Source of the DNA: a virus
Lineage: Duplodnaviria; Caudoviricetes
Reading direction: 5' to 3' (one strand)
DNA: 64,000 nucleotides
Virus record (IMG/VR): IMGVR_UViG_3300033064_000306
Coordinates: 937-64,936 of that record
Part shown: in pieces, positions 47,128 to 56,038 of the stretch
Numbering within the stretch: the stretch's first letter is position 1
How the letters are laid out: every line of letters starts with the position of its first letter
Notes under the pieces: generated by a model
What the model saw: the letters and a program-made list of their open reading frames with translations, nothing else
Databases searched by the model: none
What the model was told of the DNA's origin: nothing
Made by a program: the position numbers and the translations under genes

Positions 47128-48661
47128 GTTAGACGAGCTATCCCCAGAAGAGCTGCAATATCTGCTTGATAACTTAGATAAACTGCCTCCAGCGCAGCTA
47201 AGAGCGCTTGATGTTGAGACTGAAGAGGCAATGGAGGTCAAGGACCGTGAGGATTGTCAAGAAAATTTTATGGATTTTGTACATAAAGTGTGGCCCAACT
47301 TTATTGATGGCGAACATCATCAAGAAATGGCCGCCGCATTTGAAAGGGTAGCCTGTGGAAAATGTAAAAGACTTATTATTAATATGCCTCCTCGCCATAC
47401 TAAGTCAGAATTTGCTTCTTATTTACTCCCAGCGTGGTTTTTGGGTAAGTTTCCTAAGAAGAAAATTATTGAGACCGCTCATACAGCGGAGCTTGCGGTT
47501 GGCTTTGGACGTAAAGTCCGTAACCTTGTGGATTCCGACGTATATCAGTCTATCTTCCCAGGAGTTGGACTACAGACTGACTCTAAAGCTGCTGGGCGGT
47601 GGGCAACAAACCAGGGGGGAGACTATTTTGCTATCGGTGTGGGAGGTGCGGTCACGGGTAAAGGTGCGGATATCCTCATTATTGATGATCCTCACTCGGA
47701 ACAAGAAGCAACCATAGCAGAAAACAACCCCGAGGTGTACGACAAAACGTACGAGTGGTACACATCTGGTCCTCGTCAGCGTCTACAGCCAGGCGGGGCA
47801 ATCATCATAGTTATGACTAGGTGGTCTAAGAAAGATTTGACTGGTCAAGTAGTTAAAGCTGCAGCCCAAAGGTCGGGTGAACAGTGGGAAGTCATTGAAT
47901 TTCCAGCAATTTTGCCTGACGGAGCCCCACTTTGGCCTGAGTTCTGGAAACTTGAGGAATTAGAAGCGCTTCATCAGGAATTGCCTAACGGTAAGTGGAT
48001 GGCGCAGTACATGCAACAACCAACATCTGATGTCAGTGCGATCATTAAGCGTGAATGGTGGAAAATGTGGGAAAACAATGACCCACCCATGTGTGAGTTC
48101 ACTATTCAGAGCTGGGATACGGCGTTTTTAAAGACACAACGGTCCGACTACTGTGCTTGTACAACGTGGGGAGTGTTCTATCAAGATAATGAGCGGGGGG
48201 TTATGGTGCCAAACATCATATTGCTCAACTCGTTCAAGCAACGCATGGAGTTTCCAGAGTTAAAAGCAAAAGCGTTTGAGCACTATAAAGACTGGGAACC
48301 AGATGCGCTGATTGTAGAGGCTAAAGCTTCAGGTGCTCCACTAGTGTTTGAGCTTAGGGCGATGGGCATCCCTGTACAAGAGTATGTGCCATCAAAAGGT
48401 AGCGATAAAATTGCCCGTTTGAACGCAGTTGCTGATATATTTGCATCTGGAAGAGTTTGGGTTCCTAATACACACTGGGCTGACGAGTTAGTTGAGGAAG
48501 TTGCATCGTTCCCATCAGGCGAACACGATGACTTAGTGGACTCAATGACTCAAGCTATGTTGCGGTTTAGGCGGGGTGGCTTTATTAATCTGGATAGCGA
48601 CGAACCAGATGAGCCGAAGTATTTTAAGTCGTATAGAAACGCAGGGTACTATAACGTATGA
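47117..48661 (+). CDS. terL: Terminase large subunit
   Basis: MPPRHTKS, LIIDDP, VMTRW, SWDTA, HDDLVD. Confidence 0.93.
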   Translation: MTTKLDELSPEELQYLLDNLDKLPPAQLRALDVETEEAMEVKDREDCQENFMDFVHKVWPNFIDGEHHQEMAAAFERVACGKCKRLIINMPPRHTKSEFASYLLPAWFLGKFPKKKIIETAHTAELAVGFGRKVRNLVDSDVYQSIFPGVGLQTDSKAAGRWATNQGGDYFAIGVGGAVTGKGADILIIDDPHSEQEATIAENNPEVYDKTYEWYTSGPRQRLQPGGAIIIVMTRWSKKDLTGQVVKAAAQRSGEQWEVIEFPAILPDGAPLWPEFWKLEELEALHQELPNGKWMAQYMQQPTSDVSAIIKREWWKMWENNDPPMCEFTIQSWDTAFLKTQRSDYCACTTWGVFYQDNERGVMVPNIILLNSFKQRMEFPELKAKAFEHYKDWEPDALIVEAKASGAPLVFELRAMGIPVQEYVPSKGSDKIARLNAVADIFASGRVWVPNTHWADELVEEVASFPSGEHDDLVDSMTQAMLRFRRGGFINLDSDEPDEPKYFKSYRNAGYYNV

Positions 48662-48921
48662 CAACACAAAAGTTCATGGGTCGAAACCAAATGCTAAAAA
48701 GGCTTGCTGCGCAAGTTGGCAGTGAGGACATGGCCGTTGAGATACTCAAGAACCGAGGACACCTAAAAGCAGATGGTAAAACGTTTACAGCAAAAGGATC
48801 AGCACGTAATGCTATGACTGCTGAAGAACGTGCTATAGATAGAGCAACAAAAATTTCGGGTAAAAGCGCAGCTGCGTATAAGTACAACCCAAAAACAAAT
48901 AGGGCAACACTTAGGAAATAA
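48658..48921 (+). CDS. Small basic hypothetical protein
   Basis: ATGA-coupled between terL and portal. Confidence 0.5.
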   Translation: MTTQKFMGRNQMLKRLAAQVGSEDMAVEILKNRGHLKADGKTFTAKGSARNAMTAEERAIDRATKISGKSAAAYKYNPKTNRATLRK

Positions 48922-48923
48922 TT

Positions 48924-51425
48924 ATGGCTATAGAAAAAGGTTTGTACGCAGCTCCACTCGGAATGGAAGAGGCGGCACTTGATGAATCACCACTCGAGAT
49001 TACTATTGAGGATCCAGAGGCGGTAGAGATTGGTATTGATGGCAAACCAATTTTGCGGATTGAAGAAACAGAAGATGATGAAGAAGGGTTTGACGACAAC
49101 CTAGCCGAGTACATTTCTAAAGGCGAGTTGACCGAGTTAGCGGGCGACTTAATGGGTGAGTACGACGAAGATGTCAGCTCACGCAAGGATTGGATACAGA
49201 CATACGTCGATGGCTTGCAGCTGTTGGGTATGAAGATTGAAGAGCGCATGGAGCCTTGGCCTGGCGCATGCGGTGTGTACCACCCCATACTAAGTGAGAC
49301 ACTAGTTAAGTTCCAAGCTGAGACCATCATGGAGATATTCCCTGCTGCTGGTCCAGTTAAGACACAGATTATTGGTAAAGAAACACCAGAGAAAAAACAA
49401 GCGGCGGCTCGTGTTCAAGATGATATGAACTATCAGTTGACTGATGTGATGCAAGAGTACAGACCAGAAACAGAACGGATGCTCTGGGGCTTGGGACTTT
49501 CAGGTAATGCGTTTAAGAAGGTGTACTACGACCCAAGTTTAGAGCGTCAAGTAAGTATGTTTGTACCCTCTGAAGATTTGGTTGTGCCTTATGGTGCTTC
49601 AGACTTACAGTCATCTCCACGTGTAACACACGTCATGCGCAAAACTCCTAACGAAGTACGTAAATTACAAGTTGCTGGTTTTTGGGTAGATGAGGAGTTA
49701 GGTGACCCATCAGATGCACTTGATGAAATAGAAAAGAAAATTGCTGAGAAGTTAGGCTTTAGAGCTAGCACTGATGATCGTTATAAAATTCTTGAGATGC
49801 AGGTGGACTTAGACTTACCTGGATATGAGGATGCAGATGAGGATGGCGAGCCGACAGGCGTTGCACTTCCGTACATTGTGACTATCGAGAAAGGAACTCA
49901 AACAGTTCTGGCTATTCGCCGCAACTGGAGACCTGAAGATGAAAAGAAAAAGAAACGCAACCACTTTGTACATTACGGTTATATTCCTGGTTTTGGTTTT
50001 TATTGCTTTGGCCTCATACATCTTATTGGGGCTTTTGCTAAGAGTGGTACATCCATACTTAGACAGCTCGTTGATGCAGGATCACTCTCGAATCTGCCAG
50101 GTGGCTTTAAGACCCGTGGACTGCGCACCAAAGGTGATGACACCCCAATAGCTCCAGGTGAGTTCCGTGATGTTGACGTACCTAGTGGTACGATGCGGGA
50201 CAATATTATGCCGTTGCCATACAAAGAACCTTCAATGGTTTTGGCTGGCTTATTAGATAAGATTATTGAAGAGGGACGCCGTTTTGCTTCAGCTGCTGAT
50301 CTACAGATCAGTGACATGAGTGCACAGGCACCAGTAGGAACAACATTAGCAATTCTGGAGCGTACGCTCAAAGTGATGTCCGCTGTACAAGCCCGCATCC
50401 ACTATTCGTTGAAAGAGGAGCTTCGGTTACTCCGAGACATTATCCGTGACTACACTCCAGAATCCTATGACTATGAACCAGTTGAAGGTACACCACGAGC
50501 TAAAAAAAGCGACTACGATAACATTGATGTCATCCCGGTTTCAGATCCGAATGCGGCGACGATGGCGCAAAAGATTGTCCAGTACCAAGCGGTTCTTCAA
50601 TTGGCCCAAGGCGCCCCACAACTATATAACCTCCCTCTCTTACATAGACAGATGCTCGATGTACTGGGGATTAAGAATGCGCAGAAATTGGTCAAGCTAC
50701 CGGAGGACCAGAAGCCGAGGGACCCCATTACAGAAAACCAAGACATTCTGATGATGAAACCAGTAAAGGCTTTCTTGTATCAAGATCACCAAGCACATAT
50801 CACCGTACATATGGCTGCTATGCACGATCCAAAAATCATGCAGATAATTGGGCAAAACCCACAAGCACAAATAATGCAAGGCGCAATGGTGGCCCACATT
50901 AGTGAACACGTAGCTTACGAGTATCGCAAGCAAATGGAAATGACTATGGGTCTAGAGCTTCCGTTCCATCCAGATGAGCAAGACGAGGATGAGCGTGAGA
51001 TTCCAGAAGCAATGGAAGTTCAGATATCTCAGTTAGCCGCTAAAGCTTCTCAACAGTTGTTACAACGGGACACTCAAGAAATGCAAGCTCAGCAAGCTCA
51101 GCAAGCGCAACAAGATCCAATTATTCAAATGCAACAACAAGAACTTCAAATTAAACAGCAAGAAGTTGCAATTAAAGAGAAAAAACTTATTGCGGATTCA
51201 GCAGCTAAAGCCGATCAACTTCAGATTGAGCGTGATCGAATTGAGTCACAAGAGAAGATTGCAGGTATGAATGCAGTAATTAAGACCTCTGTAGACGACA
51301 AGAATCGCCGTTCAAAAGAGGAAGAAGCTGGAGCCAGAATGGGTATTGACTTAGCCAAAACTAAGGAACAATTCAGAATGCAACAGGAACAAGCTCGTAA
51401 ATCAACCCCAAAAGGTGAAGAATGA
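48924..51425 (+). CDS. Portal protein (P22-like, long C-terminal coiled coil)
   Basis: 833 aa after terL; GNAFKKVYYD; Gln-rich C-terminal barrel. Confidence 0.8.
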   Translation: MAIEKGLYAAPLGMEEAALDESPLEITIEDPEAVEIGIDGKPILRIEETEDDEEGFDDNLAEYISKGELTELAGDLMGEYDEDVSSRKDWIQTYVDGLQLLGMKIEERMEPWPGACGVYHPILSETLVKFQAETIMEIFPAAGPVKTQIIGKETPEKKQAAARVQDDMNYQLTDVMQEYRPETERMLWGLGLSGNAFKKVYYDPSLERQVSMFVPSEDLVVPYGASDLQSSPRVTHVMRKTPNEVRKLQVAGFWVDEELGDPSDALDEIEKKIAEKLGFRASTDDRYKILEMQVDLDLPGYEDADEDGEPTGVALPYIVTIEKGTQTVLAIRRNWRPEDEKKKKRNHFVHYGYIPGFGFYCFGLIHLIGAFAKSGTSILRQLVDAGSLSNLPGGFKTRGLRTKGDDTPIAPGEFRDVDVPSGTMRDNIMPLPYKEPSMVLAGLLDKIIEEGRRFASAADLQISDMSAQAPVGTTLAILERTLKVMSAVQARIHYSLKEELRLLRDIIRDYTPESYDYEPVEGTPRAKKSDYDNIDVIPVSDPNAATMAQKIVQYQAVLQLAQGAPQLYNLPLLHRQMLDVLGIKNAQKLVKLPEDQKPRDPITENQDILMMKPVKAFLYQDHQAHITVHMAAMHDPKIMQIIGQNPQAQIMQGAMVAHISEHVAYEYRKQMEMTMGLELPFHPDEQDEDEREIPEAMEVQISQLAAKASQQLLQRDTQEMQAQQAQQAQQDPIIQMQQQELQIKQQEVAIKEKKLIADSAAKADQLQIERDRIESQEKIAGMNAVIKTSVDDKNRRSKEEEAGARMGIDLAKTKEQFRMQQEQARKSTPKGEE

Positions 51426-51616
51426 TAGGTAGGTACCTTGAAGTGCTAGACCAAAAACTAGCAGCTCATGTAAAAAGTCTAGAAGAAAGTTTGGGTACAG
51501 GCGCAGCCAAAGACTACGCTGAGTACCAAAATATGTGCGGGAAGATTAGAGGTCTTCTCACTGCACAGATAGAGCTAAGTGACCTCAAAAAGAACCTGGA
51601 GAACTCGGATGAGTGA
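51422..51616 (+). CDS. Small head-module protein
   Basis: Coupled ORF after the portal. Confidence 0.55.
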   Translation: MIGRYLEVLDQKLAAHVKSLEESLGTGAAKDYAEYQNMCGKIRGLLTAQIELSDLKKNLENSDE

Positions 51617-52025
51617 AATACTAATTGGATCAAACCCAAATAGTCCACAAATAGTAGGTAGTTATCAATACACAGCATTAGACGAAGATAAAGCTAAACA
51701 ACTCCCACAACCATCAGGCTATCGCATCCTCTGCGCTATTCCAGAAGTTGATGAAGAGTATGAAAGTGGAATCCTCAAAGCAGACGCAACCATTAACTAT
51801 GAAGAAAAGCTGGCAACAGTGCTATTTGTAGTAGATGTGGGCCCAGACTGCTATAAAGATCCGGCTCGCTTTCCTACGGGAGCATGGTGTAAAGAAGGTG
51901 ACTTCGTTATTGTCAGACCAAATGCTGGCACACGACTGTTAATTCATGGTCGTGAATTCCGAATGATCAACGATGACTCAGTGGAGGCCGTAGTTCAGGA
52001 CCCACGTGGCATCAAACGTGCTTAA
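51609..52025 (+). CDS. groES: GroES/Cpn10-like co-chaperonin
   Basis: PSGYRIL...SGIL...VDVGP...KEGDFV...GREFRMINDDSVEAVV. Confidence 0.8.
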   Translation: MSEILIGSNPNSPQIVGSYQYTALDEDKAKQLPQPSGYRILCAIPEVDEEYESGILKADATINYEEKLATVLFVVDVGPDCYKDPARFPTGAWCKEGDFVIVRPNAGTRLLIHGREFRMINDDSVEAVVQDPRGIKRA

Positions 52026-52035
52026 GGAGCTATAA

Positions 52036-53010
52036 ATGGATAAAAACGAATTTAAATTCCCTGATGAACAAGATGAAGTAAAAGATCAGGGTAAACCCTT
52101 AGAAAATGAAGTAGAAATTGTTATTGAGGATGATACCCCCGAAGCGGACCGGAATGTCAAACCGATGCCCGAGGATAAGGTAAAAGAACTCGAAGCTGCT
52201 ACTGATGAGGATGAAGAAAACCTTCCTCATAAGTCCCAAAAAGAACGTTTACAGCAATACAAGAAGGTTTGGAACGATGAACGCAGGCGTGCTGATGAGG
52301 CTGATAAAGAACGCCAAGCTGCCCTTGATCTAGCCCGTAAAGTAATCGATGAGAATAAAACCCTCAAAGAAAAATACAGTGCTGGTGAAAAAACTTATAT
52401 TGAAACTGCGCAAGCTCAGGCTGATACGGAAGTTGCTATGGCTAAGCGTTCTTATAAAGAAGCGCTTGAGACCGGTGACGCAGACCGTATAGTTGAAGCC
52501 CAAGCTGCAATGAATGAAGCACAGTTTAAAGTACAACAAACAAAAAATTTCCGTCCAAGTACTTTACAAAACAATGAAAATGAAGTACAACTACAACAAG
52601 TTGAGCAACAAAAACCACGAGTTGAGGCCAAAACCCAAGAGTGGTTAGATGTAAATCCTTGGTATGGAGCCAAAAAAGCCATGTCAAATTTTGCAGTTGG
52701 TGTTCATGAAGAGTTAATTGATGAGTACGGCGCCACAATCGTTGGTACTGATCAGTATTTCAAGCGCATTGATCAAACCATGCGCAAAAAGTTTCCAGAA
52801 TATTTTGATATTCAGGAAGATAGTAATGAGGCTGAACCTAAAGAGAATCAAACCTCTCAGAAGACTAAGCTTAGCACGGTAGTAGCTCCGGCAACACGCT
52901 CAACGTCCTCCAAACAGGTACGTTTAAAAGCAACGCAGATGGCCTTGATCAAAAAACTAGGCATCACACCAGAGCAGTATTCCCGTGAATTTTTAAAGAT
53001 GGAGGTTTAA
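52036..53010 (+). CDS. Putative capsid scaffolding protein
   Basis: Acidic N-terminus, coiled coil, C-terminal LGITPEQY helix; upstream of capsid genes. Confidence 0.6.
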   Translation: MDKNEFKFPDEQDEVKDQGKPLENEVEIVIEDDTPEADRNVKPMPEDKVKELEAATDEDEENLPHKSQKERLQQYKKVWNDERRRADEADKERQAALDLARKVIDENKTLKEKYSAGEKTYIETAQAQADTEVAMAKRSYKEALETGDADRIVEAQAAMNEAQFKVQQTKNFRPSTLQNNENEVQLQQVEQQKPRVEAKTQEWLDVNPWYGAKKAMSNFAVGVHEELIDEYGATIVGTDQYFKRIDQTMRKKFPEYFDIQEDSNEAEPKENQTSQKTKLSTVVAPATRSTSSKQVRLKATQMALIKKLGITPEQYSREFLKMEV

Positions 53011-53011
53011 A

Positions 53012-53461
53012 ATGGCTGCAAATAGATTAACCCGTGAATTAGACACTCGTATGACTTTTGAGCGCCCTACCAAATGGTCGCAACCTGAGTTATTACCTGA
53101 ACCAGATAAACAACCTGGTTATGCCTATCGCTGGGTACGTGTAGCCACTCTTAATTCGGCTGACCCCCGCAATCTCTCTGCCAAACTCAGAGAAGGTTGG
53201 GAAGCAGTTTGTATTGAGGAACAACCAAAGTTTCAAATGTTAGTCGATCCTCAAAGTCGTTATAAAGACAACATTGAGATCGGCGGATTGCTTCTCTGCA
53301 AAACCCCTATTGAGTTTGTTGAACAACGCAATAAACACTATTCGGATCAAACCCGTGCTCAAACAGAGGCTGTAGATAACAATTTAATGAGCCAAAGCGA
53401 CCCAAGGATGCCTCTTTTTAAAGAGAACAAGTCCTCGACAAGTTTTGGTAAAGGTAATTAA
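53012..53461 (+). CDS. Head-module hypothetical protein
   Basis: YRWVR...EGWE...GGLLLCK. Confidence 0.55.
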   Translation: MAANRLTRELDTRMTFERPTKWSQPELLPEPDKQPGYAYRWVRVATLNSADPRNLSAKLREGWEAVCIEEQPKFQMLVDPQSRYKDNIEIGGLLLCKTPIEFVEQRNKHYSDQTRAQTEAVDNNLMSQSDPRMPLFKENKSSTSFGKGN

Positions 53462-53483
53462 TTTTAAATTTTAGGAGAATTAA

Positions 53484-54110
53484 ATGGCTTATCCAACCGT
53501 TTCTGCTCCCTATGGTCTAGAAGCGATTAACCGTGTTGACTTTATGCCCTATGCTGGGGCTACACGTCAACTACCGATTGCTAGTACTTATAATACTGCA
53601 ATCTTTAACGGCGACATCGTTATGGTCAAGGGTGGTAACATCATCAAGTCAACTGTAACTGTTGACTCTACAACTGACAACACAGCGAACCTCACTTATG
53701 GTGTATTTGTTGGTGTTCAGTACGTTAATACACAACAACAAACTGTTCAAGCTCAGTATTACCCCGGTAATGCTTCAGCAACTTCAGCAGTAGCTTATGT
53801 AATTGACGATTCACAAGCAGCATTTAAAGTAGCTGTTACTTTCTCTGGTAATACTACTGTAACTACTGCTAACGCTTCTGTTGTTGGTACAAACTTGCAA
53901 ATTCGCCAAGGCACTGGTTCCACTACTACAGGTAATTCCGGTTTATCCGTTGTTGTTCCTGTATCAGGTACCGGTAACGCAGCAACATTGCCTGTTCGTG
54001 TAGTAGCAGTTATTCCAGAAACAGCATCGGGTAACAACGCTTATGTTGAAGTCGTTGTTAAATTGAACAACCCACAAATTCTGTTGGCTGCTGCCCAGAA
54101 TTATCTATAA
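53484..54110 (+). CDS. Putative capsid decoration/cement protein
   Basis: AGGAG RBS; beta-rich; directly before the major capsid gene. Confidence 0.55.
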   Translation: MAYPTVSAPYGLEAINRVDFMPYAGATRQLPIASTYNTAIFNGDIVMVKGGNIIKSTVTVDSTTDNTANLTYGVFVGVQYVNTQQQTVQAQYYPGNASATSAVAYVIDDSQAAFKVAVTFSGNTTVTTANASVVGTNLQIRQGTGSTTTGNSGLSVVVPVSGTGNAATLPVRVVAVIPETASGNNAYVEVVVKLNNPQILLAAAQNYL

Positions 54111-54122
54111 GGAGCTACTTAA

Positions 54123-55031
54123 ATGGCTATTTCTCGTGCACAGCTCCTAAAAGAGCTTTTACCCGGTTTGAACGCATTGTTTGGTCTTGAGTATGCTCGC
54201 TATGGCGAACAACACAAAGAGATCTACGAAACAGAAACTTCTGAGCGTTCTTTTGAAGAAGAAACAAAGTTGTCAGGTTTTTCTGCTGCTCCTGTTAAAA
54301 ACGAAGGCTCTGCCATCGCTTACGACAATGCGCAAGAAGCATGGACAGCTCGCTACAACCACGAAACCATTGCTTTGGGCTTCAGTTTGACTGAAGAAGC
54401 TATTGAAGATAACTTGTATGACTCGTTATCCGCTCGTTATACCAAAGGTTTGGCTCGTGCTATGGCTTATACCAAACAGGTTAAAGCTGCTGCTGTATTA
54501 AACAATGGTTTCACAGCTGGTTACAACGGCGGTGATGGTGTTCCTTTGTTCTCTGCGTCACACCCATTGGTATCTGGTGGTACAAACAGCAACGTTCCAT
54601 CTACTCCTGCTGACTTGAATGAGACTTCTTTAGAAGCCGCTGTAATTCAAATCGCTGCTTGGACTGATGAACGTGGTTTGTTAATTGCTGCTAAACCTAA
54701 GAAGTTGGTTGTTCCTCCTGCATTACAGTTCGTGTCAACTCGTTTGCTTGAAACTGAATTGCGTATTGGTACAAACGACAATGATATCAACGCTATCAAG
54801 AACAACGGTTCTATTCCAGAAGGTTACACAGTTAACAACTTCTTGACTGATACCAATGCTTGGTTCCTGACTACTGATGTCCCAAATGGTATGAAGTATT
54901 TTATTCGTACTCCTTTGAGCAACAGCATGGACGGCGATTTTGATACTGGTAATGTTCGTTACAAGTCTCGTGAGCGTTATTCTTTTGGTTTTTCTGATCC
55001 ACTCGGAATGTTTGGTTCAGCAGGCGCTTAA
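54123..55031 (+). CDS. Major capsid protein
   Basis: MAISRAQLLKELLPGL; PKKLVVPPAL; RYKSRERYSFG; strong RBS and a downstream terminator. Confidence 0.8.
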   Translation: MAISRAQLLKELLPGLNALFGLEYARYGEQHKEIYETETSERSFEEETKLSGFSAAPVKNEGSAIAYDNAQEAWTARYNHETIALGFSLTEEAIEDNLYDSLSARYTKGLARAMAYTKQVKAAAVLNNGFTAGYNGGDGVPLFSASHPLVSGGTNSNVPSTPADLNETSLEAAVIQIAAWTDERGLLIAAKPKKLVVPPALQFVSTRLLETELRIGTNDNDINAIKNNGSIPEGYTVNNFLTDTNAWFLTTDVPNGMKYFIRTPLSNSMDGDFDTGNVRYKSRERYSFGFSDPLGMFGSAGA

Positions 55032-55050
55032 TAAGCACCTACGCAGTACT

Positions 55051-55081
55051 AAAACCTCGCCCAAAAAGCGGGGTTTTTTTT
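55051..55081 (+). terminator. Terminator after the major capsid gene
   Basis: AAAACCTCGC-N7-GCGGGGTTTT followed by a T run. Confidence 0.8.
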
Positions 55082-55127
55082 ATAAAAATCTTTGCACAAA
55101 TAAGAAAATGTAGTAATATTCAATAAA

Positions 55128-55195
55128 CCGGGAAAACCGGCCATCTAGACTGTCCCGGCAGACGCATACACGACTATTTGGCTTATCTTTGTATG
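55128..55195 (+). ncRNA. Candidate pseudoknotted leader RNA
   Basis: Three interlocking complementary pairs ending at the SD of 55210. Confidence 0.4.
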
Positions 55196-55209
55196 AAGGA
55201 CAATTCGTT

Positions 55210-55719
55210 ATGACTTTAGCTACTACTTCGTCTCTATGGCGTTCAACAGGTGGCGATTCAACTCGCACCGCTTATGCTGGTTCGATGGAAATGATCGCCC
55301 AGTTTTTTATTGCTAACACATCATCCACAACTGCAAACGTAACAGTTTCATCTACTAACAACGCTGCCGTTATTTTGCCAGCTAACACGGTTGTTCTACG
55401 TGTCACTATTAGTACTGGTTCAACTGGTGCAAACTCAACAGCTAACATAGGGTTTACCCCAATTACTGGTGGCGCCCCCGGACAAGCAATTGCTTTAGGC
55501 ACTAACGTTCCTGCTGCTTTTACAAACGCTGCTAACGTAGTTGCTCGCACAACTATTAACGTAGGTGGTACAGGCGGCGGTGCTTCTTTAGGCAACGTAG
55601 CTAATGCAACTAATTTAATTATTGTTACTTCTGCTATTGGCGGCGCTGGTGCTATTGGTGGACCTGTAACGGGTTTAATTAGCTATTACGTAGCCGACAA
55701 TGGTCAGCAAAACGTTTAA
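55210..55719 (+). CDS. Virion structural protein
   Basis: AAGGA RBS; Thr/Gly/Ala beta-rich. Confidence 0.55.
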   Translation: MTLATTSSLWRSTGGDSTRTAYAGSMEMIAQFFIANTSSTTANVTVSSTNNAAVILPANTVVLRVTISTGSTGANSTANIGFTPITGGAPGQAIALGTNVPAAFTNAANVVARTTINVGGTGGGASLGNVANATNLIIVTSAIGGAGAIGGPVTGLISYYVADNGQQNV

Positions 55720-55765
55720 TTAATCTAGGGGGTTCGCCCCCATTTAAATCTTTAGGAGATTAATT

Positions 55766-56038
55766 ATGGGTATGCAAACTGATGTAAAGTCTACTGCGTG
55801 TGCAAATGCTGCAACGACTATAGTATTTAACGGTCCTGCACGTGTTAAAGGCATAACAATCAGCTATGCTTCTGGCGGCGTTGTTTTTGTAGCTAATAAC
55901 ACAAGCAACGTATTTGTATTTACAGCCCCTGCTGCTATTGGCTCAATTAACGTTGCTATTCCCGGCGAAGGAATTCGTTGTGAAGGTAATGTTACTGCTA
56001 ACTGTGTTGGCGCAACTGCTGTAGTATTTTATGGCTAA
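55766..56038 (+). CDS. Small virion protein
   Basis: AGGAG RBS; beta-rich. Confidence 0.55.
   Translation: MGMQTDVKSTACANAATTIVFNGPARVKGITISYASGGVVFVANNTSNVFVFTAPAAIGSINVAIPGEGIRCEGNVTANCVGATAVVFYG

Noticed and set aside
55728-55741. GGGGG-TTCG-CCCCC hairpin as a terminator
   Set aside because: No U tract follows; at most an mRNA stability hairpin.
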